Assembly (NCBI GenBank): GCA_963762255.1
Contig: CAVXKA010000003.1
Location: 736,001-800,000 of the forward strand
DNA from: Candidatus Eiseniibacteriota bacterium
GTDB taxonomy: Bacteria; Eisenbacteria; RBG-16-71-46; JABDJR01
Length of the DNA: 64,000 nt
Direction of reading: 5' to 3'
The notes under the pieces were generated by a model. The model saw only the letters and a list, made by a program, of their open reading frames with translations. It did not search any database and was not told the origin of the DNA. This document shows, in pieces, positions 19,141 through 31,011 of the stretch. Position numbers and translations under genes: made by a program. Numbering within the stretch: the first letter of the stretch is position 1; each line of letters begins with the position of its first letter.

Positions 19141-20424
19141 TCAGTCGATGTAGCCGAGGGAGCGCAAGCGTTCCTTCAGCTCCTCGTCCACCGGGCTCTC
19201 GAGAGAGGAACCCGCGGCGGGCCGCTCGCCGGTCTCGTAGGTGGCGATGAGGTGCGTGAACTTGTCGCGCGAAACCTCGGGAGAGAGCGCCGACCAGAGG
19301 ATCTTTCCGCGCATGTCCTGCGCGGGGGGAAGCCCGAGCAGCGCGAGCACGGTGGGCGTGACGTCGTACACCCCGGCCCCGGTGATCTCTCCCTTGCCCA
19401 CCCCGCGGCCCGCCATGATGATGACGCCATCGAGCTTGTGCATCTCGACGCCGCGGTCGAGGCCACCGTGGAAGCCGTGATCGGAGACGACCAGAATCGT
19501 GGTGTTGGGGTCGGCGCTATCGAGGAAGGGTTTGATGAGCTCATCGACGTATCGGTAATAGGCGCGCATCGCCCCCTTGGCGTAGGTCATCCCCTCGGGA
19601 AGCAACGTCCCCTCCGGCACCGCCTCCGGGGTCATGTAGTTCCAGTAGAGATGCCCCATGGCATCGGTACCGCGCAGGTACACCGCGAAGAAGTCGGGCC
19701 GCTCTTCGCGGTATAGCTTCGCTCCGATGCGCGCGAACGTCTCGTCGCCGGCCATGATCCATTTGATCGGCCGCACGAACTGCTCCAGCTCCGGGGTCAT
19801 CGCCGCGGTGTCGAGGGGCGCGTCGAGGAATCGCTGCACGGAGCTCCAGGGCATCGTTCGCCACTGGACCACGTCGGGTGAGACCACCGCTTCGAGGGGT
19901 CGGGATAGGTTCGGCCTTGCACGCGCGCGCCCCTCGCCGGCCGCGTACTGAAGGTAGTCCGACACCACGAAGCCGTTCACTTCCTCCGCCGGCCAGCTCA
20001 TGAGCCAGCCCACTACTCCCGCGCTCCGACCTACGCCGGAAACGATGTTCCAGACCGCGCGCACGCGGCGGATATTCCGGGTGAGCGGCCGTCCGTTGAT
20101 CTGATCCACGAAAGACTTGATGCCATGCTCGGCCGGGCTCTTGCCGGTGGCGATGGTGGTCCAGATGGCGGGCGACTTGGCCAGAGGCTCGAGGCTGCGC
20201 AGGTTGCCGTGAACGCCCTCCGCCATCAGCCGTCCCAGGTTGGGGAGCTCTCCGGCCGCGACCATCGGGTTGATGAGATCCCACTCCGCCCCGTCGAGAC
20301 CGATGAGCAGCACCTTCCCCACCGGCTCGTGTTTGGCGCGGCCGCCGCAGGCACCGAGAGCCGCCGCGGCCGCGATTGCGAGCAGTGGAAGCCACCACGA
20401 GCGCGGACCGGACTTCGAACTCAA
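19141..20424 (-). CDS. Alkaline-phosphatase superfamily lipoprotein
   Basis: Lipobox LGAC; IGLDGA.W, SPAIWTTIATG, SDHGF, C-terminal ERLRSLGY. TTG start inferred. Confidence 0.82.
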   Translation of the reverse strand: MSSKSGPRSWWLPLLAIAAAAALGACGGRAKHEPVGKVLLIGLDGAEWDLINPMVAAGELPNLGRLMAEGVHGNLRSLEPLAKSPAIWTTIATGKSPAEHGIKSFVDQINGRPLTRNIRRVRAVWNIVSGVGRSAGVVGWLMSWPAEEVNGFVVSDYLQYAAGEGRARARPNLSRPLEAVVSPDVVQWRTMPWSSVQRFLDAPLDTAAMTPELEQFVRPIKWIMAGDETFARIGAKLYREERPDFFAVYLRGTDAMGHLYWNYMTPEAVPEGTLLPEGMTYAKGAMRAYYRYVDELIKPFLDSADPNTTILVVSDHGFHGGLDRGVEMHKLDGVIIMAGRGVGKGEITGAGVYDVTPTVLALLGLPPAQDMRGKILWSALSPEVSRDKFTHLIATYETGERPAAGSSLESPVDEELKERLRSLGYID

Positions 20425-20618
20425 TGGGTTCTTACCTTTCCCTGAGGGTTGGTCCCGCGGCGACGCGAACGAACGCCGCGACCGCATAACTCTATCAGGG
20501 GGTCCCACCCCGCTCAAGGCGGCCCCGGTTGCGCCCCCGCCCGCTTCCGGTATGCTGTCTCGCTCCGGGCACGACCACATCGGGTCGGGTGCGGGCGAAG
20601 GATCACGAAGAGGCCCAG

Positions 20619-21599
20619 ATGACGACGTCGTTCAGGCGAATCGCGGTGCTCACCAGCGGAGGGGATGCTCCGGGGATGAACGCCGCACTGCGGGCGGTGG
20701 TGCGCACCGCTCACGCCAAGGGTATCGAGGTGCTGGGGGTTCGCTTCGGCTACCGCGGTCTACTGGCGCGCGACCACTGCCTGATGGGCCCTCGGGACGT
20801 CTCCAACATCATCCAGCGCGGGGGCACGGTGCTGGGCACCAGCCGCTGCCCCGAATTCTTTCAACCGGACGGTCGGCGGCGCGCGCACGAGACCCTCGTC
20901 GATGCAAGGGTCGACGGCCTCGTCGTGATCGGCGGCAACGGAAGCTACCAGGGGGCGCACCTCCTCTTCGAGGAGTTCGGCGCGCGCGTGATCGGGATTC
21001 CCGGCACGATCGACAACGACGTGAGCGGAACCGAGACCACGATCGGCTTCGACACCGCGGTCAACACCGCACTCCAGGCCATCGACCGCATTCGCGATAC
21101 CGCGTTCAGCACCGACCAGGCGTTCTTCGTGGAGGTGATGGGACGTCACTGCGGCGCCATCGCGATCGCGTCCGCGATCGCGGGAGGCGCGGAGGAGGTG
21201 CTGGTGCCGGAGTGGCCGGACGAGGTCGCCCGCCTGACCGAGCGCCTTCGCGACGGCCTCGCGCGCGGCAAGCGCAGTCTGATCGTGATCGTGGCCGAAG
21301 GCGAGGACCTGGGCGGCGCGGAGGCCGTGGCGCAGCGAATGAGCGAGACGCTCGGCATCTCGACCCGGGTCACCGTGCTCGGGCATATCCAGCGCGGAGG
21401 AAGCCCCACCGCCGCCGATCGCATTCTCGCGAGCCGCATGGGGGTAGCTGCGGTCGAGGCGCTCCTGAGAGGTGAAACCGACGTCATGACCTGCGCGCGC
21501 GGCGGCGCGATCGTCACCGCGCCGCTTCGTGAAGGATGGGCGGAACGCGGCAAGGCGGACGAGGAGCTGTTGCGGTTGTGCGCAATCCTCGCTCAGTGA
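20619..21599 (+). CDS. pfkA: ATP-dependent 6-phosphofructokinase
   Basis: TSGGDAPGMNA, GGTVLGTSR, GGNGS, PGTIDND, EVMGRHCG, LGHIQRGG. Confidence 0.95.
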   Translation: MTTSFRRIAVLTSGGDAPGMNAALRAVVRTAHAKGIEVLGVRFGYRGLLARDHCLMGPRDVSNIIQRGGTVLGTSRCPEFFQPDGRRRAHETLVDARVDGLVVIGGNGSYQGAHLLFEEFGARVIGIPGTIDNDVSGTETTIGFDTAVNTALQAIDRIRDTAFSTDQAFFVEVMGRHCGAIAIASAIAGGAEEVLVPEWPDEVARLTERLRDGLARGKRSLIVIVAEGEDLGGAEAVAQRMSETLGISTRVTVLGHIQRGGSPTAADRILASRMGVAAVEALLRGETDVMTCARGGAIVTAPLREGWAERGKADEELLRLCAILAQ

Positions 21600-22939
21600 G
21601 GCCGGCCCCCATCCCGGCACGGTGCCCGCGAGTTCTCTTTGCGGTCGCGGCCGCGCTGGCAGCGCTCGCGGCCGGCGGGCTCGTCCCGACGTCCGCGCCG
21701 GCAGGACCCGTCCGCTTCAGCCGGCTCACCGCGTGTCCGGAGGCCCGGGGATTCGCTTTCCTCGCTCAGGACGACGAATTCCAGCGGCCCGACACGCTCT
21801 TCGCCGCCCCTTCCGTGGGCCGTCTCGAGTGGCTGGGCGGTCCTGTGCGGGGGTTCGCTCTGCGGGGTGACACCGCATACGCCGCCACCCTGCTCGGAGT
21901 GTGCGAGATTCCCCCGAAGGGACCCGGATCGTTCTTCGCCTGGGAAGGCGTGGTTCCGGGCCGACTCGAGGTGGATCCCTCGCGATGGCCGGCCCGGCGC
22001 GGCGGAGCGATCCGAGGCTCCGGCGCCCATCCCGTCGGCGACGTATGGATATTTCCCGAGCGGTACCTGCCCCTGCGCGATTCCAGCCGCGTCTTCCTCA
22101 CCGACGCAGAGCATCCCCCGGGGCGCGGAACCATGCTCTACGACCTCCATACGCGCGACCCTCAGGGGACCGAGTACATGGCGGTGCGGAACCTGGAGGT
22201 GCGCACCTGGGTTGTATCGGACGATAGCCTGCACTGGGCGTTGGCCGCGCGCCTCCATCGACCCGACTATGGCGGCGAGGTCCTCGAAGCGGTTGTGGCC
22301 GGCATCGGGGCGCGGGTCGAGACCTTCGCTCTGGGCGAGCCGCGGTCCCTGGTCTGGGATGGGGCGAATCACTTGTGGGTGCTTCTCCAAAACGGCGATC
22401 TGCGGCGCTTGACCCCGGGTCCGTCCGCGTGGTCGAACACGCGGGTCGATCCCTCGGCGGGCGCGCTCCCCTGCCCTTTGGGCCCGCCGGAGACGGTCTG
22501 GGTATGGCGGTCTCCCCTCAAGTACACGCAGCCGCAGGCCGCGGAGCGGTTCGCGGCAACGGTGCAGTCCCGGCTCGACTGCGGGCGTACCTGGGTGGTG
22601 GCGCACGAGGACGGTTCGTGGCGGCCGGTGTGGGGAGGGTTTCTCACACGCGAGGCGCTGCTTCAGGAGATGCCGAAGCCGCCCGTCCCCGACGCGGCCG
22701 CGGTTGCGGTACCGGCCGGGGACTCGCATCCCGAGGGGACGGTGGCGCGCGTACGCATGATGGAGGAGAACGGCGTGGCCACGCTGCGCAACATCACCCG
22801 CAACGGGCGGACCGCATCGGAGTTCTGGTGGCGGTACCTCCCGAAACAACAGGGAGTACGCATCGCGGGGCCGTGGGGCCTCGGCGGGCCCGACTCCTGG
22901 GGGGGCGGATCGATTGACACCCCCGGCACCGGCCCCTAG
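21596..22939 (+). CDS. Hypothetical secreted protein, possible degenerate SPOR-like domain
   Basis: Signal-like N-terminus; start overlaps the pfkA stop codon. Confidence 0.6.
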   Translation: MRPAPIPARCPRVLFAVAAALAALAAGGLVPTSAPAGPVRFSRLTACPEARGFAFLAQDDEFQRPDTLFAAPSVGRLEWLGGPVRGFALRGDTAYAATLLGVCEIPPKGPGSFFAWEGVVPGRLEVDPSRWPARRGGAIRGSGAHPVGDVWIFPERYLPLRDSSRVFLTDAEHPPGRGTMLYDLHTRDPQGTEYMAVRNLEVRTWVVSDDSLHWALAARLHRPDYGGEVLEAVVAGIGARVETFALGEPRSLVWDGANHLWVLLQNGDLRRLTPGPSAWSNTRVDPSAGALPCPLGPPETVWVWRSPLKYTQPQAAERFAATVQSRLDCGRTWVVAHEDGSWRPVWGGFLTREALLQEMPKPPVPDAAAVAVPAGDSHPEGTVARVRMMEENGVATLRNITRNGRTASEFWWRYLPKQQGVRIAGPWGLGGPDSWGGGSIDTPGTGP

Positions 22940-22963
22940 ATTGCCGATGATGCGAGAATCGCC

Positions 22964-25615
22964 ATGCCAAGCACGATGAACTGCCGGCCTCGCCGAGTGC
23001 CCACCACGGGACGGATTCTCCTTGCCATCGGGCTCCTCCTTGTCGCCGCCGACGCCTACGCCAGCCCGGTCTTCGACCGCGCGTCTCTCTCCCCCAGCGC
23101 CATCTCACCCAACAACGACGGCGTGCAGGAGTACACCGAGATCCGCTACACCCTGAGCGCCGACTCCGCTGACGTGCGCATCCTTCTCACCCGCGCGGGG
23201 GGAGCGTCGGTCGTGGCCACGCTGCAGGTCTTGACGCGGCAGGGGGGCACGAAGAGCCGTCTCTTCGACGGCAGCGTGGGTTCGGACCCGGTGGCCGACG
23301 GCAGCTACGAAATCCGAATCCTCGGCTCGGGAACCGGGGGCGAGGGAACCGAGGAGGTCGTCCTGCCTCTGGAGATCGATCGCGTGGCTCCGATCATCTC
23401 CTCGTTGACCCTGCTTTCTCCGGCGGCGCCGGTGGTGCAGAACGGCACGCGGGTGACGTTGCAGGCCTGCATGGACGGCAACTTCGACCAGGTGAGCGCG
23501 GATTTCTCCGCCCTCGACAGCGGGTTCATCGCGGGCGCCGTGTCGGTGACGTCGGTGAGCGACGCCTGCCGGCGTTTCACCTACACGATCACGCCGTCCA
23601 ACGCCCTGACCGACCGGAGCGGGCTTGAAGTCACCGTGACCGCACGCGATCGCGCGGGGAACCGGTCGACGGGTTCGCTCGAATTCTGCCTGTCGAACTC
23701 GCCGCCCGTGCTCCTGACCGCCACCCTGCTCAGCTCGGTGCCGGTCTTCCAGAACGGCGACCAGATCCGCACGGAGATCCAGGTGAACTCCCCCAACGAG
23801 GTCACTGTGCGGGGCGACTTCGTGAACCTGGACTCCGGCTTCGGGCCGGGCCTCACCGGGGTCGAGCGGATCGGCACGGGGCGTTTCCGGCTCACCTACA
23901 CGATTTCGGCCGTCAACAATCGGCCCGATGGCGAGTACCGACTGCGTCTCTATGCCTACGACGTCAACGGCTGCGGCGTGGATGCGGACTCGAGCCTCAC
24001 GGTGACCCTGGACAATGCAGGGGCCCTGCCCGCTCTGATCGGAGCGGTCTCGGTCACTCCCGCTGCGTACTCTCCCAACGGCGATGGAGTAAAGGACGAC
24101 GTGACCATCAACTACACGGTGCTGGAGGACACCGTCAAGGTCATCGTCTGGGTCGAGTTCTTGGTCAAGAACGACTCCGTAGTCAAGACCCACACCCTTC
24201 TCCCTCCCGGGAACGTGCTCCGCGGATCCCACACCCTGCACTGGGACGGGCTCTTCCAGGTGGAGCTCAACCAGATCGCCGATCAGGTGCTGAATGTGGT
24301 GGTTCGCGCGAGCAGCACGAAGCTGGGTCTGAACCGCAGTGAAATCCTGAAGGTCGAACTCGACCGCGCGCCGCCCGTGTTCAAGACGATTCGCCTCCCG
24401 CTCTCCACCGTCGTGCGCAACGATCGTCAAGTCGCGTTCTCGGTCGTCTATGACCGGGCGGGTTACGATCTGAGCGCCGACTTCAGCGAACTCGACTCCA
24501 ATTTCCCGCGCGCGGTCTCGGTGGCGGACAGCGGCAACGGCGCCTATCGCATCGCCTACACGATCAGCCCGACCAACGCCCGTCCGGACGGCATCAACAA
24601 GGACGTGCGACTCACCGCGATCGATGCAGCCGGCAACTCCGGGGTGGTCGAGGACCATGCGCGTTTCTGCCTGAGCAATCTCCCGCCGCGGCTGGCCTCC
24701 GCCCAGCTCCTGAGCAAGCCGGGCCCCTATCGCAAGCTCGATCAGATCTCGCTACGCACGAAGTGGGTGGACGGGCAGTGGACGTCGACCAAGCCGCTGC
24801 AGGTGACTGCGAACTTCTCGAGCTTGGACACGGATTTCAATGATCGATTGGACCAACTCCTCATCGCCGATGTCTCGTCGGCGGCCAGCCCCGACACCGC
24901 CGTGTTCGACATCGCCTACCGGCTCTCCGCCGGCAACGAGAACGAAACCGGTGAGGGGACGATCACGGTCACCGCCCGCGACAACGCCGACCTGGGCTGC
25001 GCCTCCGTCACCGTGAACGCGCTGAAGATCACCCTCGACAGCGAGCCCCCGTTCCGACCGACGCTCACCGCCTCCGGAGGCGTCGTGCGCGCCGCGGTGG
25101 ACACGCTGCGGGGCGTGGCCGAGGACGCAGTGATGGTGATCATCAACCGCGGCACGACCCCGGTGGACACCTTCGCGGTCCCGTTGCTGGACGGCAAGTT
25201 CTCGGGCCCGATCACCCTCGAGCCGGGTGAGAACAAGTTCAACGCGGTGAGCGTCGACGCTGCGGGGAACACGTCCAAGCCCTCGGTCCCGGACTTGGTC
25301 ATCTTCTTCGTGCAGGGTGATGTCGTGCAGATCCCCGGCCCCTTCACCCCGGGCAAGGAATTCTTCATCGGCCTGGTGAGCCCGGCCCGGCAACTGTCCG
25401 TGCGCATCTTCAACCTCGACGGCGTCGAGATCGCGCGGCTGGAAGCGGAAGGGGGCGATCTCTTCCATGTCCCCTGGGATGGAAAGGACGCGAACGGGGC
25501 ACTCGTTTCGAGCGGGCCATACTTCGCGGTGGTGGAAGTCGTGGATGCGGCTAGCGGGCGAACCGATCGCTTCAAGAAGGCGTTCGTGTTTGCGCGACGG
25601 GGGACGGGCTTGTGA
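22964..25615 (+). CDS. Large secreted Ig-repeat protein with SPNxDG motifs and C-terminal FlgD-Ig domain
   Basis: Signal peptide; SPNNDG and SPNGDG; four (A/G)(D/N)F(S/V).LD(S/T).F repeats; C-terminal IFNLDG...WDGKDANG.LVSSG.Y. Confidence 0.8.
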   Translation: MPSTMNCRPRRVPTTGRILLAIGLLLVAADAYASPVFDRASLSPSAISPNNDGVQEYTEIRYTLSADSADVRILLTRAGGASVVATLQVLTRQGGTKSRLFDGSVGSDPVADGSYEIRILGSGTGGEGTEEVVLPLEIDRVAPIISSLTLLSPAAPVVQNGTRVTLQACMDGNFDQVSADFSALDSGFIAGAVSVTSVSDACRRFTYTITPSNALTDRSGLEVTVTARDRAGNRSTGSLEFCLSNSPPVLLTATLLSSVPVFQNGDQIRTEIQVNSPNEVTVRGDFVNLDSGFGPGLTGVERIGTGRFRLTYTISAVNNRPDGEYRLRLYAYDVNGCGVDADSSLTVTLDNAGALPALIGAVSVTPAAYSPNGDGVKDDVTINYTVLEDTVKVIVWVEFLVKNDSVVKTHTLLPPGNVLRGSHTLHWDGLFQVELNQIADQVLNVVVRASSTKLGLNRSEILKVELDRAPPVFKTIRLPLSTVVRNDRQVAFSVVYDRAGYDLSADFSELDSNFPRAVSVADSGNGAYRIAYTISPTNARPDGINKDVRLTAIDAAGNSGVVEDHARFCLSNLPPRLASAQLLSKPGPYRKLDQISLRTKWVDGQWTSTKPLQVTANFSSLDTDFNDRLDQLLIADVSSAASPDTAVFDIAYRLSAGNENETGEGTITVTARDNADLGCASVTVNALKITLDSEPPFRPTLTASGGVVRAAVDTLRGVAEDAVMVIINRGTTPVDTFAVPLLDGKFSGPITLEPGENKFNAVSVDAAGNTSKPSVPDLVIFFVQGDVVQIPGPFTPGKEFFIGLVSPARQLSVRIFNLDGVEIARLEAEGGDLFHVPWDGKDANGALVSSGPYFAVVEVVDAASGRTDRFKKAFVFARRGTGL

Positions 25616-26574
25616 GGCCCGCCCGGCGGCGGCGTCTGCGCGGAGCGTTCGCGGCGGCGGTTCTATGCGGTGTATTCACCGCGAACCCGACGCCCGCAGC
25701 CACCCGCACCGCAGCCTTCGCTCCCGCCGACCCGGGCGTGCGCGCGGCGGCGATGGGGGGCGCGTTCACGGCGCTCGGCGGGGAGCCGGCGGCCCTCTAC
25801 TGGAACCCGGCCGCGCTCTATTACCAGCCTGGTCGCACCGTCGAGGCCACCTACGCCGATCTCTACGGCCTCGGTCTCGCGCGACGCACCTCGCTCACGT
25901 TCGGCATGAAATCGATCTACGACGTGCCCCGCTTCGTTCGCGATCGCGTCGAGGTGCGTCGGGATGCCGCGTCCGGGCCGGGGTACGGCTTCGGAATCCA
26001 GTCGCTCTTCGTGGATGTGGACGGCGGCGGCTACTCGGAGCTGCGCGTTGGCGGCGGCGCGGCGTGGGGCTACGGCGACCGGCTCGCCGCCGGGGTGTCG
26101 CTCCACGGTCTCTTCGTCTCGAGCGATTTCGAGGACGTCTCCGCTATCGGCTACGACTTGGGATTCGGGATCGGCTGGCAGTACTCGCAGCACGAGCGGA
26201 TCGCGGTGGCGGTGCCGCATCTTCTGAGCCGCCTCTTCTGGCGGTTCGACAGCACCGAGCGGCTGCCGTTGAGCGCGACGGCGGGATGGACGCGCCGGCT
26301 CGGGAAGCACGCGACGGTGAGCGCGGAGGCGGAACTGCGCGAGGGCGAGGAATCGCCGTACCGGCTGGCGGCGGGCGCGGAGGCGTGGATCGTCCCCGAC
26401 CGGCTCGCGCTGCGGGCGGGCTACCGCCGGCTCGACGGCGGCATCGAGACGATCGCCAAGCCCACCTTCGGTGCCGGCGTTCGCTTCAACCGGCTGCGTC
26501 TCGATTACGCCTATCGCCTGGAGCCGGACGCCCTGGGAGACAGCCACCGGCTGGGACTTCTGGTGGGGTTCTAG
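25612..26574 (+). CDS. PorV/PorQ-like outer-membrane beta-barrel
   Basis: [12 protein letters not shown]....ALYWNPA.L, LRAGY, GAGV, DYAY...LG.SHR; terminal Phe. Confidence 0.8.
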   Translation: MRPARRRRLRGAFAAAVLCGVFTANPTPAATRTAAFAPADPGVRAAAMGGAFTALGGEPAALYWNPAALYYQPGRTVEATYADLYGLGLARRTSLTFGMKSIYDVPRFVRDRVEVRRDAASGPGYGFGIQSLFVDVDGGGYSELRVGGGAAWGYGDRLAAGVSLHGLFVSSDFEDVSAIGYDLGFGIGWQYSQHERIAVAVPHLLSRLFWRFDSTERLPLSATAGWTRRLGKHATVSAEAELREGEESPYRLAAGAEAWIVPDRLALRAGYRRLDGGIETIAKPTFGAGVRFNRLRLDYAYRLEPDALGDSHRLGLLVGF

Positions 26575-27280
26575 CGCGGATCCTCGTGCGCGCACTCGCC
26601 GGGCGCGCCCACCCACACGCCGCCGTCGGCGAAGAACTCCTTCTTCCAGATCGGCACGTCGGCCTTGAGCCGCTCGATGAGATGGCGGCAGGCCTCGAAG
26701 GCCTCGCCCGCGATGCGGGCAGCTCGCCACCGCAACCACGCTCGCCTCCCCCACCTCGACCCGCCCGAGCCGATGGTGCAGGAACAGCGCGATCACCGGC
26801 CAGCGCTCGCGCGCCTCGCTCACGATCCGCTCCATCTGCGCGAGCGCCATCGGCTCGTGGGCTTCGTACTCGAGGTAGAGCACGTCGCGCCCGTGCGACG
26901 GCGAGCGCACCGTGCCCTCGAACACGACGACCGCTCCCGCCGCGGCGTGCGTGGCGGCGTTCTTGAGGAGCGACCCGTCGAGGGGCTCGCGCGTGAGGCG
27001 CACGACGGGAGGGGCATCGGGAGCGGGCGCACCGCTCCCGCCGCTCACCGGCGGGATGAGGAGCACTCTCCGCGCCCTCGGCGAGCGGGACGCGATCGTC
27101 CACGAACTCGGTGCCGCGGGCGAGCCGGCAGGCCTGTACGAGATCCCGCCAGCGCGGATGCATCTCGGCCACGCGCGCGCGCAGGTCCACGCCGGTGGCG
27201 CCCTCGGCCACTTCGACGACGATGCGCTCGGCTCCCAGCGCCTCGCGCAGGGCGGCGAACGCGACGACCTCAACCCGCAT
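26571..27280 (-). CDS. MoaD-MoaE fusion molybdopterin synthase (apparent frameshifts at ~27068 and ~26708)
   Basis: V...FAALRE..G, IPPVSGG followed directly by [27 protein letters not shown]. Confidence 0.85.
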
Positions 27281-27328
27281 GGCGACCTCCGATCCGTGCG
27301 GCGCAGACCCGATGTTCATCCGCGTATG

Positions 27329-28230
27329 TTAGCGCGTGCCCGCGGCGGGAGCCAACGCGCGCCGGGGTTCGAGGAGGAGCGCGGCGAAGGCCTGCGCGGC
27401 GGGCTCGAGGCCTGCGCCACGCAGGCGGAGGAGGCCGAGGCGCCGCTCGACCGAGAACCGCCGTGCGGGCACGCGATGCACCGCACCGCGACGGAAGGGC
27501 GCCTCGCTCACCGCTTCCGGAAGCACGCTCACGCCGAGCCCCGTCTCCACGAGGCGCGCCATCACCGACGGACGGCCGATCTCCATCACCGGGCGCACGG
27601 CGAAGCCGGCCGAGGCCAGCGCGGCGTCGATCAGGCGCCGGGTGATCGAGTCGCGCGGATAGGCGATGAAGGGCTGCTCGGCCAGCACGCGCGCGAGCGG
27701 CATCCCCTTGGCCGAGGAAGGCAGCACGAGACCCGAGGCGCTCCACCGCCAGCGGGGTCACCTCCACGTCGGCGGCCTCGACCGGCAGCGTGCCCAGCAC
27801 GAGATCGAACCGGCCGTCGCGCAATCGGACCAGGAGCGGCTCGGTCGAGTTCACCTCCACGGCCACCTCGATTCCGGGAAAGCGGCGATGGAAGCGCATG
27901 AAGGTCCGCGGCAGGACGTCGGTGGCCGCGGCGTCGGTCACGCCGAGGCGAAGCACCCCTCGGGTGACGCCGCGGATCTGCTCGACTTCGAGGCGGCCCG
28001 CCTGCACCGCGGCCAGCGCGCGCCGCGCCTGGCGGGCCAGCGCGCGGCCGGCTTCGGTGAGATCCACGCCGCGGCCTCGACGATGGAAGAGGGCGGCGCC
28101 GAGATCCTGCTCCAGCGCCTTGATCTGCAGGCTCACCGCGGGCTGGGTGAGGTGACGGAGCTCGCGCGGCGGCGGAGAGACTTCCCGCTTCCTCCGCCGC
28201 GAGCAGGGTCTTGAGTTGTTCCAGATCCAC
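27329..28230 (-). CDS. LysR-family transcriptional regulator (apparent frameshifts at ~28165 and ~27735)
   Basis: MDLEQLKT, LTQPAVSLQIKALEQDLG..LF.R.GR.V.LTEAG, GLGVSVLP. Confidence 0.88.
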
Positions 28231-28259
28231 GAGTGCCCCTCCGGCGGGCGCGATGGCCC

Positions 28260-28274
28260 ATAAGCACAGCTTAT
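28260..28274. promoter_or_regulatory. LysR box ATAAGC-ACA-GCTTAT (T-N11-A dyad)
   Basis: Perfect interrupted palindrome in the AT-rich intergenic region between divergent lysR and ino1. Confidence 0.7.
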
Positions 28275-28367
28275 CGATTCCATAGATACAATAAACTGGC
28301 CTGATCGACCTGCCCAGCCCAGAATCGCGCGATTCACAAACCCCGCATGGGTCAGGAGGATCCGAAC

Positions 28368-29679
<1,312 letters not shown>

Positions 29680-29683
<4 letters not shown>

Positions 29684-30903
29684 GTCGGTGGTTCGGGGAG
29701 GGCGCCCGCCCTCCCCGTCTTCCCTGGACCGTCGTCGCGCTCGGTTTCGCGAGCCTCCTCAACGATGTCGGTTCGGAGATGGCATTCCCCCTCCTGCCGC
29801 TGTTCCTCACGGAGACCCTTCGCGCGGGGCCGGGCTTCGTCGGGCTCGTGGAAGGCACCGCTGAGACCGTCTCCAATTTTCTGAAGCTCGTCTCGGGATA
29901 CTGGGCGGACCGGCTGAAGCGGCGTAAGCCGCTCGTGGCCGGAGGCTACGCGGTGGCCGCGCTGGGGCGCCCGCTTCTGGGGCTTGCCACCGCACCCTGG
30001 CACGCGCTCCTCGTCCGCGTCATCGATCGCGTGGGCAAAGGGGTGCGCACCTCGCCGCGCGACGTCCTCATCGCGGAGGCGGCAGGACCGGGTCAGGCCG
30101 GACGCGCGTTCGGATTCCATCGCGCGATGGATCACGCGGGGGCGGTGATCGGGCCGCTCCTGGCCGCCGCTCTTCTCGCCGTCGGGTTGGAAACCCGCAG
30201 CGTTCTTCTCCTCACCGCGATCCCCGGCGTTCTCGCCGTGTTCGCGGTGCTCACGGTGCGGGAGCGGCGCGCCGAGGCACCTCGGCAGGCGCCCCACGCG
30301 CAGGAGACACCCGGGCCCGGCGCGACGACAAAGACCGCGATGCCCCGAGCTTTCTTGGCCTATCTCGGCATCCTGCTCCTCTTCTCCTTCGGGAACTCGA
30401 CGGACGCCTTCCTTCTCTTGCGCGCGCGCGATCTGGGCCTGAGCGCGGCTGCGATCCCGATCCTCTGGGCGGTGCTGCACGTGTCCAAGATGGTGACCGC
30501 CTATTACGGCGGAGGTCTCGCCGACCGCGTCTCCCCCACGCGCGTGATCGTGATGGGATGGGGCGTGTACATGCTTGTCTACCTGGGACTGGGCGCGGCG
30601 AGCGAACCGTGGCACGTCTGGGCGCTGTTCACGGTGTATGGCCTCTATTACGGGCTCACCGAGCCGGCGGAGAAGGTGCTGGTGCGCGCGCTAGCGCCGG
30701 TCGAGTCCCGTGGACGAGCCTTCGGCCTGTACCACTTCACGGTGGGTGCGAGCGCGCTGCCCGCCAGCCTGCTCACCGCGTGGCTGTGGCGCGTCGCGGG
30801 GGCTCCCGTCGCTCTCGCAGTCTGCGCGGCGCTCGCCGCGGTGGCCTCGGTGCTGCTGCTCGCTTGGGACTTCCGGGCACGCCGGGTCGGGTTGGTCTCC
30901 TGA
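29680..30903 (+). CDS. MFS transporter
   Basis: About 12 TMs; SLLNDV.SEM, DRVGKGVRTSPRD, GRAFGFHRAMD. Confidence 0.9.
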
Positions 30904-31011
30904 CCCTCGATTTGCTATGCTTCCCGGTCCCTCGCCCACCTCACGAAGGTGTTTGCCAAGGATCCGAGATGGCGCCCGATTCGGCGCCCGTTCCCAGGAG
31001 GCTCTTCCGTC

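Noticed and set aside
19895-19940. Odd segment GRARARPNLSRP in the AP-superfamily lipoprotein
   Set aside because: The alternative frame reads GARVQGRTYPDP, which fits the family better. This is likely a pair of compensating sequencing indels.
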